Shown: positions 24,713 to 41,500 of the stretch, one piece after another
Numbering within the stretch: the first letter of the stretch is position 1
Layout of the letters: every line of letters begins with the position of its first letter
From: the human T2T-CHM13v2.0 reference genome, Homo sapiens
DNA length: 64,000 bases
Reading direction: 5' to 3' (one strand)
NCBI RefSeq assembly: GCF_009914755.1
Contig: NC_060939.1
The notes under the pieces: model-generated
Seen by the model: the letters and a program-made list of their open reading frames with translations, nothing else
The model's database searches: none
Told to the model about the DNA's origin: nothing
Position numbers and translations under genes: made by a program

Positions 24713-25620
24713 TCACTAAGGCACGGGGGCCCTTGCTTGTTTCCTAGTTGGCCCCCAGATGTGTCCACAGGTTGAAGCCCATCCCATTGCTTCTGGAGGG
24801 TACCCCTTCCCTGATGGGCTCAGAGCAGACATCCTGGTTCTTACTCAAGGTCTTCAGGGTCTTTTATCTCTTCCTGCCATTTCCTACCTTGAAATCCTTC
24901 GCTGTCCCTCTGGAGAAGCCACACCTGGACTTTTGCTTCTTCTTCTTTTTTTAAAACACAACAGCTGGACTTCTGATGGCTCAGAAATGTCATCGTCACC
25001 AGTGGATCAGCCTATCAGCTTTCTGCTACAGCTCAGGGCCTTCATTCTGGAAAAGTTGTGATGAGGCAGTCCCTCTGATGTGTGTGGGGGATGGAATGAC
25101 ATTACTGAGGAGTTTGTGAGGATAAAGACACTGTTCCACCATGTGAATTTCTAGTAACGGTTAAGTTCACGTGCAAGAAAAGCTCTTTTTTTTGTTTTTT
25201 CTTCTCTTTTCTTTTTCTTTTCTTTTTTATGTTTTTGAGATAGGGTCATGCTCTGTCACCCAGGCTACAGTGCAGTGACAGAATTATGGCTCACTGCAGC
25301 TTTGACCTCCTAGGCTAAAGCAATCTTCCCCCCTCAGCCTCCCAAGTAGCTGGGACTACAGGTACGCACTACCATTCCCGGCTAATTTTTTTAACATTTT
25401 TGTTGAGATAGGGTCTTGTTATGTTGCCCAGGCTGGTCTCAAACTCCTAGCTTCAAGCAATCCTCCTGCCTTGGTCCCTCAAATTGCCGGGATTATAGGC
25501 ATGAGCCACCGCACCAGGCTAGAAAAGCTCTTATTTTCTCTGGTGGGAATTAAGCATGTGCTCAGGAAAAAGAGGGGGAAAAAAATGAAAGAATCCTACC
25601 ATTTTAAGACTGAAAGTGGG

Positions 25621-25910
<290 letters not shown>

Positions 25911-26329
25911 AGACTGAAAGTGGCCCCCGAGGCCATTAGTCTACTGAGTCTACATGGTTTCCATTTCCTCAGGCCCCTACTTGAGGAGCATCTCCAGTGA
26001 ACAGGATCTCAATACTAGACTGCTTCGAAAACAGAGCCTAATGAAAAAAGTCACCCAAGAGAATGACACCCTCACCGCTATTAAACTACAGTTCTGCCTT
26101 ATGCCCTTGGGCAAATTATTCCAATTCCCTGAACCACTGTTTCCTTGTCTAAAAAATGGGAATAGCCGGGTGTGGCAGCTCACGCCTGTAATCCCAGCAC
26201 TTTGGGAGGCCGAGGCAGGAGGATCACCTGAGGTTGGGAGTTCAAGACCAGCCTAACCAACATGGAGAACCCTGTCTCTACTAAGAATACAAAATCCGCC
26301 TCGCGGCTTCAAGCGATTCTCCTACCTCA

Positions 26330-26703
<374 letters not shown>

Positions 26704-26843
26704 TTACCTCAGAAAATGCACATAAAACACTATGTCCTGGCTGGTATACAGTAACAGCTCAATAAATGCTTACTGTTGCTCTCTAAAAGAGCATTTTCTT
26801 GTTGTAAAATTGTAGCGGGGCAGGGCAAGTTGTGAGATGGGGA

Positions 26844-27640
<797 letters not shown>

Positions 27641-27965
27641 TTAGTTTGATTTTTTGTTTCTTTGTCTTGTTTTTTTTAGAGACAGGGTCTCACTCTGTTG
27701 CCCAGGCTGGAGAGTAGTGACATGACCATAGGTCACTGCAGCTTCGAACTCCTGGGCTTAAGTGATCCTCCTGCCTCAGCCTCCTAAGTAGCTGGGACTA
27801 CAGGTGAACACTACTACACCTGGACAATTTTTTGGACAGGGTCTTGCTATGTTGCCAGGCCGACCTTGGACTTCTGGGCTCAAGCAATCCTCCCACCTCA
27901 GTCTCCCAAAGTGCTGGGATTATGGACCACATCCAGCCCAGTTGTTTCTTGTGAGTGGCTTATAA

Positions 27966-28271
<306 letters not shown>

Positions 28272-28526
28272 TGATCCGCCTGCCTCGGCCTCCCAAAGTG
28301 CTGGGATTACAGGCGTGAGCCACCGCGCCCTGCCTGCTTTTTATTTTTTAAGAGACTGGGTCTGGCTATTTTGCCCAGGCTGGTGTTGAACTCCTGGACT
28401 CAAGTGATCCTCCTGCCTCAGCCTCCCCAGTAGCTGGGACTACAGGTTGCGACACCAACCCAGGCTGTGGCAGTTATTTAACAGTGTTTCTCTCCAGAAA
28501 CATGTTCAAACCATTACTGAAGGTGA

Positions 28527-29021
<495 letters not shown>

Positions 29022-29083
29022 TGAGATTTTAGGCGTGAGCTACCACACCTGGCTTGTTTTTGTTTTTTTGAGAGGGAGTCTAG

Positions 29084-29368
<285 letters not shown>

Positions 29369-29532
29369 TGACACGGTCTTGTTCTGTCACCTAGACTGGA
29401 GTGCAGTAGTGTGAACATGGCTCACTGCAGCCTTTAACCCCTGGGCTCAAGGAGTCCTCCTGTCTCAGCCTTCCCAGTAGCTGAGACTACAGGTGCATAC
29501 CACTATGCCCAGTTAATTTTTGAAATCCGTAA

Positions 29533-29706
<174 letters not shown>

Positions 29707-30229
29707 TAATTTTTGTATTTTTAGTAATGATGGGTTTTCACCATGTTGGCCAGGTTGAACTCCTGACCTCAAGTGATCCGCCCACCTTGGCCTTCCAAAG
29801 TGCTGGGATTACAGGCATGAGCCACCAAGCTCGGCCAGTAATCCGTATTTTTACACTTGATTTTAGCCAAAAGGTGGAGAAGTGATAGTAATCTGTATTT
29901 TTAATAACTGTCCAAAGCGATCCTGACAATGAGCCAAGGTTGAGAGTTCCGGTAGTATTATCTCCCTTTTCTCCACAGCAATCTGGTTTATTTTGCAAAC
30001 AAGAAAACTGAGGCTCAGAGAAGAATTAACTTGCCCAAAGCCTCAATCATACTGACTTCCTCCAAAGCCTATGATCTCTTCCATACAACATCAGACATAA
30101 CGTTTGTTGGCACAAGGCTGCAAAGTAGAGACCTTCCCACCACGCAGGGCTGGAAATTCTGGTAACAGGGGCCTTGGCAAACAACCCACATTCCTCTTCC
30201 CTATTCCCACTGAAGGCTGTGAGAACACT

Positions 30230-31621
<1,392 letters not shown>

Positions 31622-31971
31622 CCTATAATATTCAGGTGTCAGAAACAACACTGGAATCCTCAAGCTGAATATACAAACCCAATTGCCATGGTGACCCTAG
31701 CTTCTCCAAAGGCAGGGGTACCCAAGGGCTCAGATGGGATGAGAAGCTGTGGAAGAGATAGGGGCAGCTTTGGCCATTGGTTGGATGGTTAAGAATTGTA
31801 ATGTGACATCAGAACAGTTCAGAAACCTGGCTCAGAAAGTCTTTTGTTGGTTTGAAAGAGTGGAGTGATCATGGCTCACTGCAGACTGGACCTCCCAGAC
31901 TCAAGCAATCCTCCCACCTCAGTCTCCTGAGTAACTGAACTGCAGGCACACACCACCACATCCAACTATTT

Positions 31972-32015
<44 letters not shown>

Positions 32016-33198
32016 TAGAGATGGTATCTCACTATGTTGCCAGGGCTAGACTCGGAACTCCTGGGCTCAAGTGATCAGCGCTCCTACCTTGGCCTCCCAA
32101 AATGCTGAGATTACAGGCATGACCCACTGTGCCTGGCCAGCGGCAAGTCCATTCAATCAACAACTCTCTAAGAGCTTCTCATGTGCCAGGAGCTGGGCAA
32201 GGAGCAAGGCAGGCAGGATCCAGTCAATCACGGGCTCATGGGTTAGTAGGGTGACCAATAGCCAAAAGATAAGACTAATGAGGACACACTTATAAACCAG
32301 TATCTGTGCTCTGAAAGGAAGAAACTTGATGCCTTTGAGGAGACCCTCCTGTGGCTGCATTTTCCTCCTCTTTCATTCTCCTTCCCTTCCTTCCTTTCCT
32401 TTGCCTTTCTAACTACCATTCTCTTGGAGACCTGCGAGTGTTTCAACATCTCAGTGAAATAGAGGGACGAGAGCATCACCTAGTGGTCAGTGTGGGCATA
32501 GCAATGACCAAAACTGAACTAATCAGCTTGGGAGATGAAGGGCAAGGGGTGGTGGGGGTAGGCAGTGTGTGTGTCTGGCCCAGGTATGCACCTAACAGTG
32601 AAGTGAATACACTCTGGCAGATTCATGGCAATGGACAACAGCTCTTAAAGATTTACCAATTTGAAGCTGGGTACTCCCACCTCCCACAAAAAATAATCAC
32701 TCCATTGTTTGGTCCTGACATAGCACGTCCCCTGGGGTGCCAGAAAGGCAGACCAAGTCCTGGCCAGGCAGGGTTAATGCTCAAGGAGAACCCTCCCATT
32801 TCCTGGCTGTAATAGCAGTGAAATCCTACCTAGCCTGGGTAGCTCTCACATCTGCTCCCATCTCCCTCCGCATTGCCGATGTCTCATCTCTTATCCCTGC
32901 ATTGTCTCTAGGGTCTAATCAGACCCCCTTCCAATCCACTCCCACTTACACAGGTGTCAGAGGGATCCTTCTCAAACACCAGTCAGATCTGGGCTCAGAG
33001 CACTCCCTGGCTCCCAGTGGCTCCCTCACTTCCCTGTGACCTGGCTCCCACCTAGCACTCTAGTTCACCTGCATCTCTACACGTTACCCTCTGCCATCTC
33101 CTCTATCCATCAGACACCTGTGGCAGCCTCAGCATCATACACACCCGCTCTCTATGCTCTGCCTGGAGCTCCCTGTCCAGTCTTGGTCAGCTGGCTAA

Positions 33199-33474
<276 letters not shown>

Positions 33475-34312
33475 TGACCCCCCCCCCCCCCGTCTCTGCC
33501 TCCCAAAGTGCTGGGATTACAGGCGTGAGTCACCACACCTGGCCAAGACTCGGCCCTCTTTGAGGTACAGTGTCTGATTATGCTGTGATTCTATACCCAG
33601 CCCCAGCCCATTTCTAGACTGGGTCCCGGTACAACAGTGAACACTTGTTGAATGAATGAAGGCTCAGGTGGAAGTCCATCACTCATTCGACCATGAGCTC
33701 TGGGCCTTGCATTATATACTTTTATGTTTCCAAATGGATTTTGTTTTTGTGACCTAAGTTTTCTAGGTGTGAGACTTCACTGCCGCTCCTAGTCTGGAAG
33801 TATCCCAAGGCGGGGCCAAGGCAAGCACCAGGCTGGGTCCAGGAAGCTCCTGGGTAGAGACCACTATTGGAAAAATGGGGTTTCACAAGAGGGACTCTCC
33901 CACTCTGCCACTAGTCGGCTCCTGAAATGGGCCTTGTCTCTGAGGTGCTCCCCTAGCCACCCCTCCCTTTATCCCAGGACTTCTGAGGTTCCCACTTCAG
34001 CCTTGGTGGTGGGGAGCGGGTAGAGGAACATCTGTCACCTTCTTTTGGAGCCTGCTCCTAGGTCAGTGGGGCCAGAAATCAGTAGGGCAGAGATGGAGTG
34101 CTCATGCGTGCTGGGTTCCATTGGTGAGTCAGCACACCTACTGAAAGCCTGGGAACCAAACTTGCCGGGGTGGGGCGGGAGTGCAGAAAAGAAAGTGTTT
34201 CATGACCTGCTTGGGGGAAGGTTAATGCTCTGATGCTGGATAAACATGTTCCTCTCTTCTCTACCCCCCAGGATAGGTTTCTGGGCTGGAAGGGAACTTT
34301 TCTGACCCATCA

Positions 34313-34501
<189 letters not shown>

Positions 34502-34611
34502 TCAGGAGGCTAAGGCTGGAGGATTGCTTGAACCTGGGAGGCGGAGGCGGCAGTGAGCCAAGACTGTGCCACTGCACTCCAGCCTGGGCAACAGAGTGAG
34601 ACTCCGTCTCA

Positions 34612-34890
<279 letters not shown>

Positions 34891-34939
34891 CTACAGCCGG
34901 GCGAAAAAATATATATATATATAAAATCGTGGTGGCTCA

Positions 34940-35304
<365 letters not shown>

Positions 35305-35307
35305 TCA

Positions 35308-35714
<407 letters not shown>

Positions 35715-36317
35715 TGAGTAGCTGGGATTACAGGCGCCCGCCACCATGCCTGACTAATTTTTGTATTTTTAGTAGAGACGGGGTTTCACCATGTTGGCCA
35801 GGCTGGTCTCAAGCTCCTGACCTCGTGATTTGCCCGCCTTGGCCCCCCAAAGTGCTGGGATTACAGGATTACAGGCATGAACCACCATGCCCGGCCTCAG
35901 GCCCTGCTTTCATAGTCCTGGTAACCCGGCTATCAGTCACTTGTTGTCTTGGAAAGTTGGACCCTTTTCAGAACCAAGACCAGTCTCCCTTAAGCTTCTA
36001 CCATGCAGGACCTTGTCCAAGTTTTATCACTGCCTTTAGATGCTGAAGTCCAGGAGAAGCTAGGCCATCTTGTCAGGACAGTTTACATTCTTTCCATGCT
36101 TCTTGGGCCACCCCTGAGAGGGTCAGACAAGCAAACCCAAACCCCTTGGCCCTCTCCAGGGACTCATCAAGAGCAGGAATTTGGGGAGAGCAACGAGGGA
36201 CAAAGTCTGGATGACAAAGCTCACTCCAAAGCTCAAGCAGAGATACTGCAGGGGAGGGAAACCTCCCTAAGAGCCCCTCCAGTCAGCCACAGAACGTATC
36301 TCTTGTCACCAGCAGGA

Positions 36318-36323
36318 TTTATT
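36318..36323 (-). terminator. RPP25 candidate distal polyadenylation signal AATAAA
   Basis: TTTATT on +, within unique sequence continuous with the 3' UTR. Confidence 0.5.
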
Positions 36324-37200
36324 TCAGGGTTCTGCCAGCAAAATGACTTATAAATACATTCTTCCGCATCTCCCCCTTTCCAGGGGTGCTGCTGAGTTGC
36401 ATGGGATGAGATCTGCTTCTGAGATCCTGGGGCTGTATGCCACCCCCAACTCACCAGAGCTCTTCCAGCACACAGCAGCACCCCCACCCCCCAGCTGGCT
36501 TGGAGTTGGGCAGAGAAGCTTATGAGGCTGTTATCTCTCAACAGACAGCTGTGCAGGGCTGGAGGCAGCAGCTTATCAGGAGGCCTGCAGTGATTCACAG
36601 CCCAAGACCCAGCTTCTCTGCTGAATAGTAATTTCCAGCAGTGGATTTGTGCTCAGTCTCTCTCCTCCCCCTTTCCCAAGGGTGTGCTGTCCTTTCTCAG
36701 AGAGAGGGCAGTGAAGGGGAGATCCTACCCACAGAGCTGGGGGCTTTGTGCCAGCCTTCTGGGTAAGGTTCAGTTTATTGTCTGGAGGCTGCAGATTCAG
36801 GGACCTCAGCAGGGTCTGCCACCCTTTGCAGTGACCTCCAGGAGAGTTCATCGATGCTGTCCTTCCACTCCTTCCTTCCCCTCCCAGAAAAACAATGTGC
36901 CGCTCCCTTTCCCTTAGTGGCGATGTACAGGGGTACACGGGCCCCCATTTGCAACAGCCTCTGAGGCCAGGGCCAGCCCGGGAGGGCGGAGTGGGGGAGG
37001 AGAGAGGAAGAAGCCAGGGACTGGGCAGTGCCTTGCACCATTTTGAAGCTGTTCAGTCTCTGTGCCTGACCCTGAAGACTCCAAAGACTCAGGACGCAAG
37101 GCTGGAGGGGAGGGGAGACACAAGGGGCCAGGCGAGAGCTGTCTCTGCACAGGCGGGTGGTTAGAAAAAAAATGGGGGACACAGCCATTTTTGTGCTTGT

Positions 37201-37206
37201 TTTATT
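37201..37206 (-). terminator. RPP25 proximal polyadenylation signal AATAAA
   Basis: TTTATT on +; followed on - by GT/T-rich TGTGTCCCCCATTTTTTT. Confidence 0.7.
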
Positions 37207-37599
37207 GGAAGCAAGACTCCAGCCAGCTGCAGGGCTCAGGGGAGGAGGCCTGGAGAGTTCAGTCCTGGGTCTCCCTCTGGGCCAGCAGGGGGAAAAGGGG
37301 TGTTAAAAGAGCTAGAACCCTCAGAGATGCTCCTCTGAAGCAGGGGAAAGAAAACTAGAAAGGAAAACTGTCCCAGGGCGGGGAGCGGAATAGGGCCCCC
37401 ACATCTCAGACTCTCCTACCCTCAAGCAGTTAATTCTCACCCCCTGCCTTCCTCTGTCAACGGTGGGGGTGATTCCAATAACTCTTCTCAGCTTCCATAC
37501 TTCAGGTGCTCTTCGTGAATGCTGGGTGGCTTTAACCCTTGGGGGTCCCAAACAAGTTTCCAGAATCCCACTGTCCACCATTCTCCCCCAAAGAAGGTC

Positions 37600-39530
37600 C
37601 CAGAAAAGGTGAAGTTCCGTGTCTTCACGCAACACGGGCATAAGCAGCAATTATCGCACGAAGTTTCCCTAGGGTGGTCGGGGATCCTCTCCTGCCACTC
37701 CTGGGGCCCCTCTCTTGTCGCCTTAAGGTCCATGCTACCTGTCTTGAGGAGCTGTGTCCAGGTTGTGGGCTCCGGAGGACCGAGGAGTGAAAGGCTGGAG
37801 GTACATCTGAAGGTGGAGGCGCTGGCGGAAGATCCTGCCGGACTAGGTGGCCCACAGTCCGGAGTTTCAGGCCGTCTGATCCTCGTCCGCAACCCCTGGC
37901 TCGGGTTGCGATCGCTTCGCGGAGCCTTCTCCAGCTGCGGGTTCCCCTAGGCTCCTCTTGGACGCTGGCGCGGCTGGCGGGGACGAGGGACCAGGATGGG
38001 GATTCGGGGGCTGGTAGCCGGGCTGTCGCGGATCCAGCGCGTCCTTGGAAAGTAGGATGGCGAGGCCGGGCACGTTCTTAAGTACGCTGAGACTAGCGGC
38101 CGGCTCGCCAGGCGTCTGACCCTGCGTGGGCCCAGGCGGGAGGCTCTGCCACACCTCGCGTACGCTCCGGTAGCGCAGCCGCGTGACCTGGTGCAGGCCC
38201 GCCAGGCGGCGCTTGAGGATCTCGGCGCACGTGACGGTTTTGGTGGTGGCCCGGCCGCAGCCGCTGAAGACGATGGCGCGCGTGGCTGGCTGCGCCATGC
38301 TGGCGGTGGCGAAGGCCATCAGGTTCCGGATCTTGCTGCCTTCCTTGACCCGCATGTGCACCGCGCCCGGCGCCAGGTCTGCGAAGGGGCCGGAGCCCGG
38401 GCCGCCTCCCTCGGCCCCGCACCCCGCTGGCGCCTCTTCGGAGCGCACCTTACGGAAGTTCTCCATGCGCCGTCGTCGCCGGGACCGCCGGCTTTGCCAT
38501 GGGGCGGCCTCAGCCCCGGGGCTGCATGGCCGCCGGTCGCGCCTTGCAAGGGCCAGCAGGGGTAAGGGCGCCGGAGCAGCGCAGACGCCGGCGGGCGGGC
38601 TGGGACGGCGCGATCTCGGCCCCACTTCTCTCGAGCGGGCGCCGCTCTACTCAGCGCTCTCGGCGCCGGGTGCTCCGCGCCTTTAGCTGAGGCCCCGCCC
38701 CTGCCGCCAGGCCCCTCCCCTGACCCGGCCCGGCCGGGCCCGCCCGGGCCCCAGCCTCACTAGCCTTTCCTGGCGAGTCTGGGTCCTCAGCTACGCGGGC
38801 GTGGGAGCGGGCGCGCTGCGGGGCGCATGAGCAGGTGAAGGTGAAGTTCCACTATAATCGCCATCAGCGCTCTGAGAGCCAACCCTCACAAACCGGCAGT
38901 CTAAATAAAAGCTGCGCTTGCCGTGCAAACACTGCTTCAAATCCGGTATCCGAGCCCTTCCCATTTGCAACTGAAGGCCGCCCCTCGTCCCCTCCCAGGG
39001 AGAGATTTCCAAGAGGCTTGCTGGGGCCTTGCCCCTCCTCCCCCGCCCCGGGGAACACCCCCACCTTTTTTCCGCTCCCAAGTATTCTTGCCTCAAGGAC
39101 AGCTAGTGCGCGGTCAGCAGAGTGCGGGAGGAGCTGGCTGCGGCTCCACTCCGCGCCTCCCCGCGGGCGATTACGTCGCGGCGTGGTCCTCGCGGGGCGC
39201 GGAAGACCCAGACTTCAGCCTCGCCACGCCTGCCCGGAGCTCGAGGCTCCCGGACCCCCGTCCACCCCTGGGACGTGAGGAGTGAGGCTTTGGGCCAGGC
39301 TGTTCCCCGAGGCGCGTGGGGAAGCGGGCGTGACCTCTTCTGAAAAGGCGGTAGGCTCGCTCCACCCAGGCCCTAGAGCCCACCCTTAGAGCTGCGCGCT
39401 TTAGGGTGAGCCAGGCACGATGCCTTGCCAACGTGGCCGCCCCCTTCCTCCCAGGCGGAATTCGCTCAGGCAACATTGGCCCCTTGAGATCCAGTGGGGT
39501 CCTTTTCGAAAGGAGGCTAGGTGAACGCAG
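37600..39530. promoter_or_regulatory. CpG island covering the RPP25 CDS and promoter
   Basis: Very high GC and CpG; GC boxes CCCCGCCC (~38693, ~39041). Confidence 0.88.
37867..38466 (-). CDS. RPP25: Ribonuclease P/MRP subunit p25 (199 aa, intronless, Alba fold)
   Basis: MENFRKVRSEEAPAG...VHMRVKEGSKIRNLMAFA...IVFSGCGRATTKTVTCAEILKRR...LAILLSKDALDP; ATG at 38466 with G at +4; TGA at 37869-37867. Confidence 0.96.
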   Translation of the reverse strand: MENFRKVRSEEAPAGCGAEGGGPGSGPFADLAPGAVHMRVKEGSKIRNLMAFATASMAQPATRAIVFSGCGRATTKTVTCAEILKRRLAGLHQVTRLRYRSVREVWQSLPPGPTQGQTPGEPAASLSVLKNVPGLAILLSKDALDPRQPGYQPPNPHPGPSSPPAAPASKRSLGEPAAGEGSAKRSQPEPGVADEDQTA

Positions 39531-39552
39531 GTTTTAAAAAAGAGAAGGGAGG

Positions 39553-39869
39553 GGCCGGGCGCGGTGTCTCACGCTTTTAATCCCAGCACTTTGGGAGGCA
39601 GAGGTGGGCGGATTACTTGACGTCAGGAGTTCGAGACCAGCCTGGTCAACATGGTGAAACCCCGTCTCCATTAAACGTACAAAAATCAGCTCGGCGTTGT
39701 GGCACGCTCCTGTAATCCTAGCTGCTCGGGAGGCTGAGGCAGGACAAGCGCTTGAACCCGGGAGCTGAAGGCTGCAGTGAGCCGAGATCATGCCACTGCA
39801 CTCCAGCCGGGGCGACAGAGCAAAGCTCTGTCTCGAAAAATGAATAAATTAATTAATTAAATAAAATAC
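39553..39869 (+). mobile_element. Alu with TSD
   Basis: Full Alu; TSD AAAAGAGAAGGGAGG at 39538-39552 and 39870-39884. Confidence 0.9.
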
Positions 39870-39883
39870 AAAAGAGAAGGGAG

Positions 39884-40012
39884 GGATACCCCATTCTCCA
39901 GGATGTGATTATTATGCATTGCATGCCTGTATCAAAACGTCTCATGTACCCTCTAAATATAGACACCTATTGTATACCCACAAAAATTAAAAAGACTTAA
40001 AAAAAAATAAAA
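39884..40012 (+). mobile_element. L1MA-type 3' end fragment with A-tail
   Basis: GGATACCCCATTCTCCAGGATGTGATTATTATGCATTGCATGCCTGTATCAAAAC...CCCACAAAAATTAAAAA. Confidence 0.8.
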
Positions 40013-40049
40013 GAGAGAAAGAAGGGAGGAAGATGGGGAGTTGAAGCCC

Positions 40050-41500
40050 TGGGGGCATTATGGAACTACTGGATGCCTCTCCGGCGGAAACTCCACGGGA
40101 CCGAAAGAGAGGCCCGGGGTCTCCTGCCGGGTGAGAGAAGCATTAGAGAAAGATGAGATTGGGGGCTGTCAGGACTACTGATGGAAGGGAGGGGGTCTGA
40201 GAAGGGGCCCGACCCTCCCTAAAACTGCTCTCGGGATTCCCCCGTCCTCCTTCCACCCGCCCTACGCAGTCAGGACTGAGAGAGGGCGGCAGATCTGGTC
40301 CTAGCCAGGGGACTGTGACGGGGCGTGGCGGGGAGGGACACAGAGAGCTGGGGCGGGCGGGCCACCGGGAAAGTGCTGGGGGCATGACAGTGCCTTGGAT
40401 TGCTGGGCCTCAGTTGGAGATGGGGCTGCCAGATGCTGTTCTCCCTCCTCCCGCTGTTCTCGCCCTCTGGGCATCTGCAGCAGCTCTCAGTCCCTGCTGT
40501 TCAAAACCAGGGTTTACTTCCTTGTCACTTCTTGGGAGCGGCCCTCGGTCCCTGCTGTTCAGAACCGGGATTTACCCTCTTACCACTTCCTGGGAGTGGC
40601 TGCGGCGACTGGACCTTGGCACCGCAATGTGTGAATGGCTGACCCCCTCCCCGTCTCCTGGTGGGATCAGGAACCCTCGGGGTATGCTCCGAACCGGGAC
40701 TTCGGTCTCGGTCCAGTCTCCATGGGCCCCACACAGCGGTGGGGGCTGGAGGCACAGCAGCCTTGGGAAGAAACAAAGACTGTCCGCAGCGCGTAGCGGG
40801 GCGTGGAGAACCGAGGGCTGTGTAAGGTCAGGCCCTGAGAAAAAGCCCCCGAAAGGCTGGAAGTTACGTTGGAACGGGCTGGTTGTGGAAGGAGCGAGCT
40901 CTCCGTCCCCGGGAGTATGCAAGTTTGGGCTGCACGATCACTTGGAAGGGATTGGGCGGAGTTCTGTCATTTGGAGAAAGGGTCCTGGGAGCTTCAGGTT
41001 TGTGTAGGGCGAGGACGGGGCGGTTCTGCGTCCGGCCAGGTTGGCCCTCGAGGACCCAGCCGTCCCCAACCTCCTAAACTGCTGTCGGATGTAGAAGACT
41101 CGCATTCACTGCTCTCCACAGTCGGTGAAGGGAGAACGCCGAAAAGGGCCGCATTCCCTCCTGCCGGTCCCCTCCCCTTCCCGCGCTCCCTCTGCAGCAC
41201 TTAAAATGTAAATGTACATCGTGATTAGCCGCGGGGTCGCTAATTACAGCTGAAGCCATTCATTACACTGTCAGCGCGCGTCGCAGCCCGCCGGCTGTGC
41301 GCTCCCTCCTAGCCGTGAAGGGGTGTAGGGGGTGGGGGCGGGAGATGCGGGGAGTGAGGGAGGAAGGATGGGGTGCTGTGAATTAGGGTAATGTGGCAGG
41401 CCTGGAGGAAGCTGGAGTGGGAGAGAGCGGGCAGCGAGCGGGGAAAACAGGGTGGGCGGTGAAGGACGGGGCGGGGTGGCGAGGAGAGAGGAGAAACGCG
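40050..41500. promoter_or_regulatory. Second CpG-rich block with no identifiable coding exon
   Basis: CpG-retaining non-Alu sequence with GC boxes and G-rich tracts; ORFs here lack recognisable products. Confidence 0.6.

Noticed and set aside
37488-39476. Antisense and alternate-frame ORFs over RPP25
   Set aside because: Shadow ORFs expected in GC-rich coding DNA; no recognisable domains
40315-41007. 230-aa + strand ORF in the second CpG block
   Set aside because: GTG start, low-complexity composition, no recognisable homology; includes the tandem duplication
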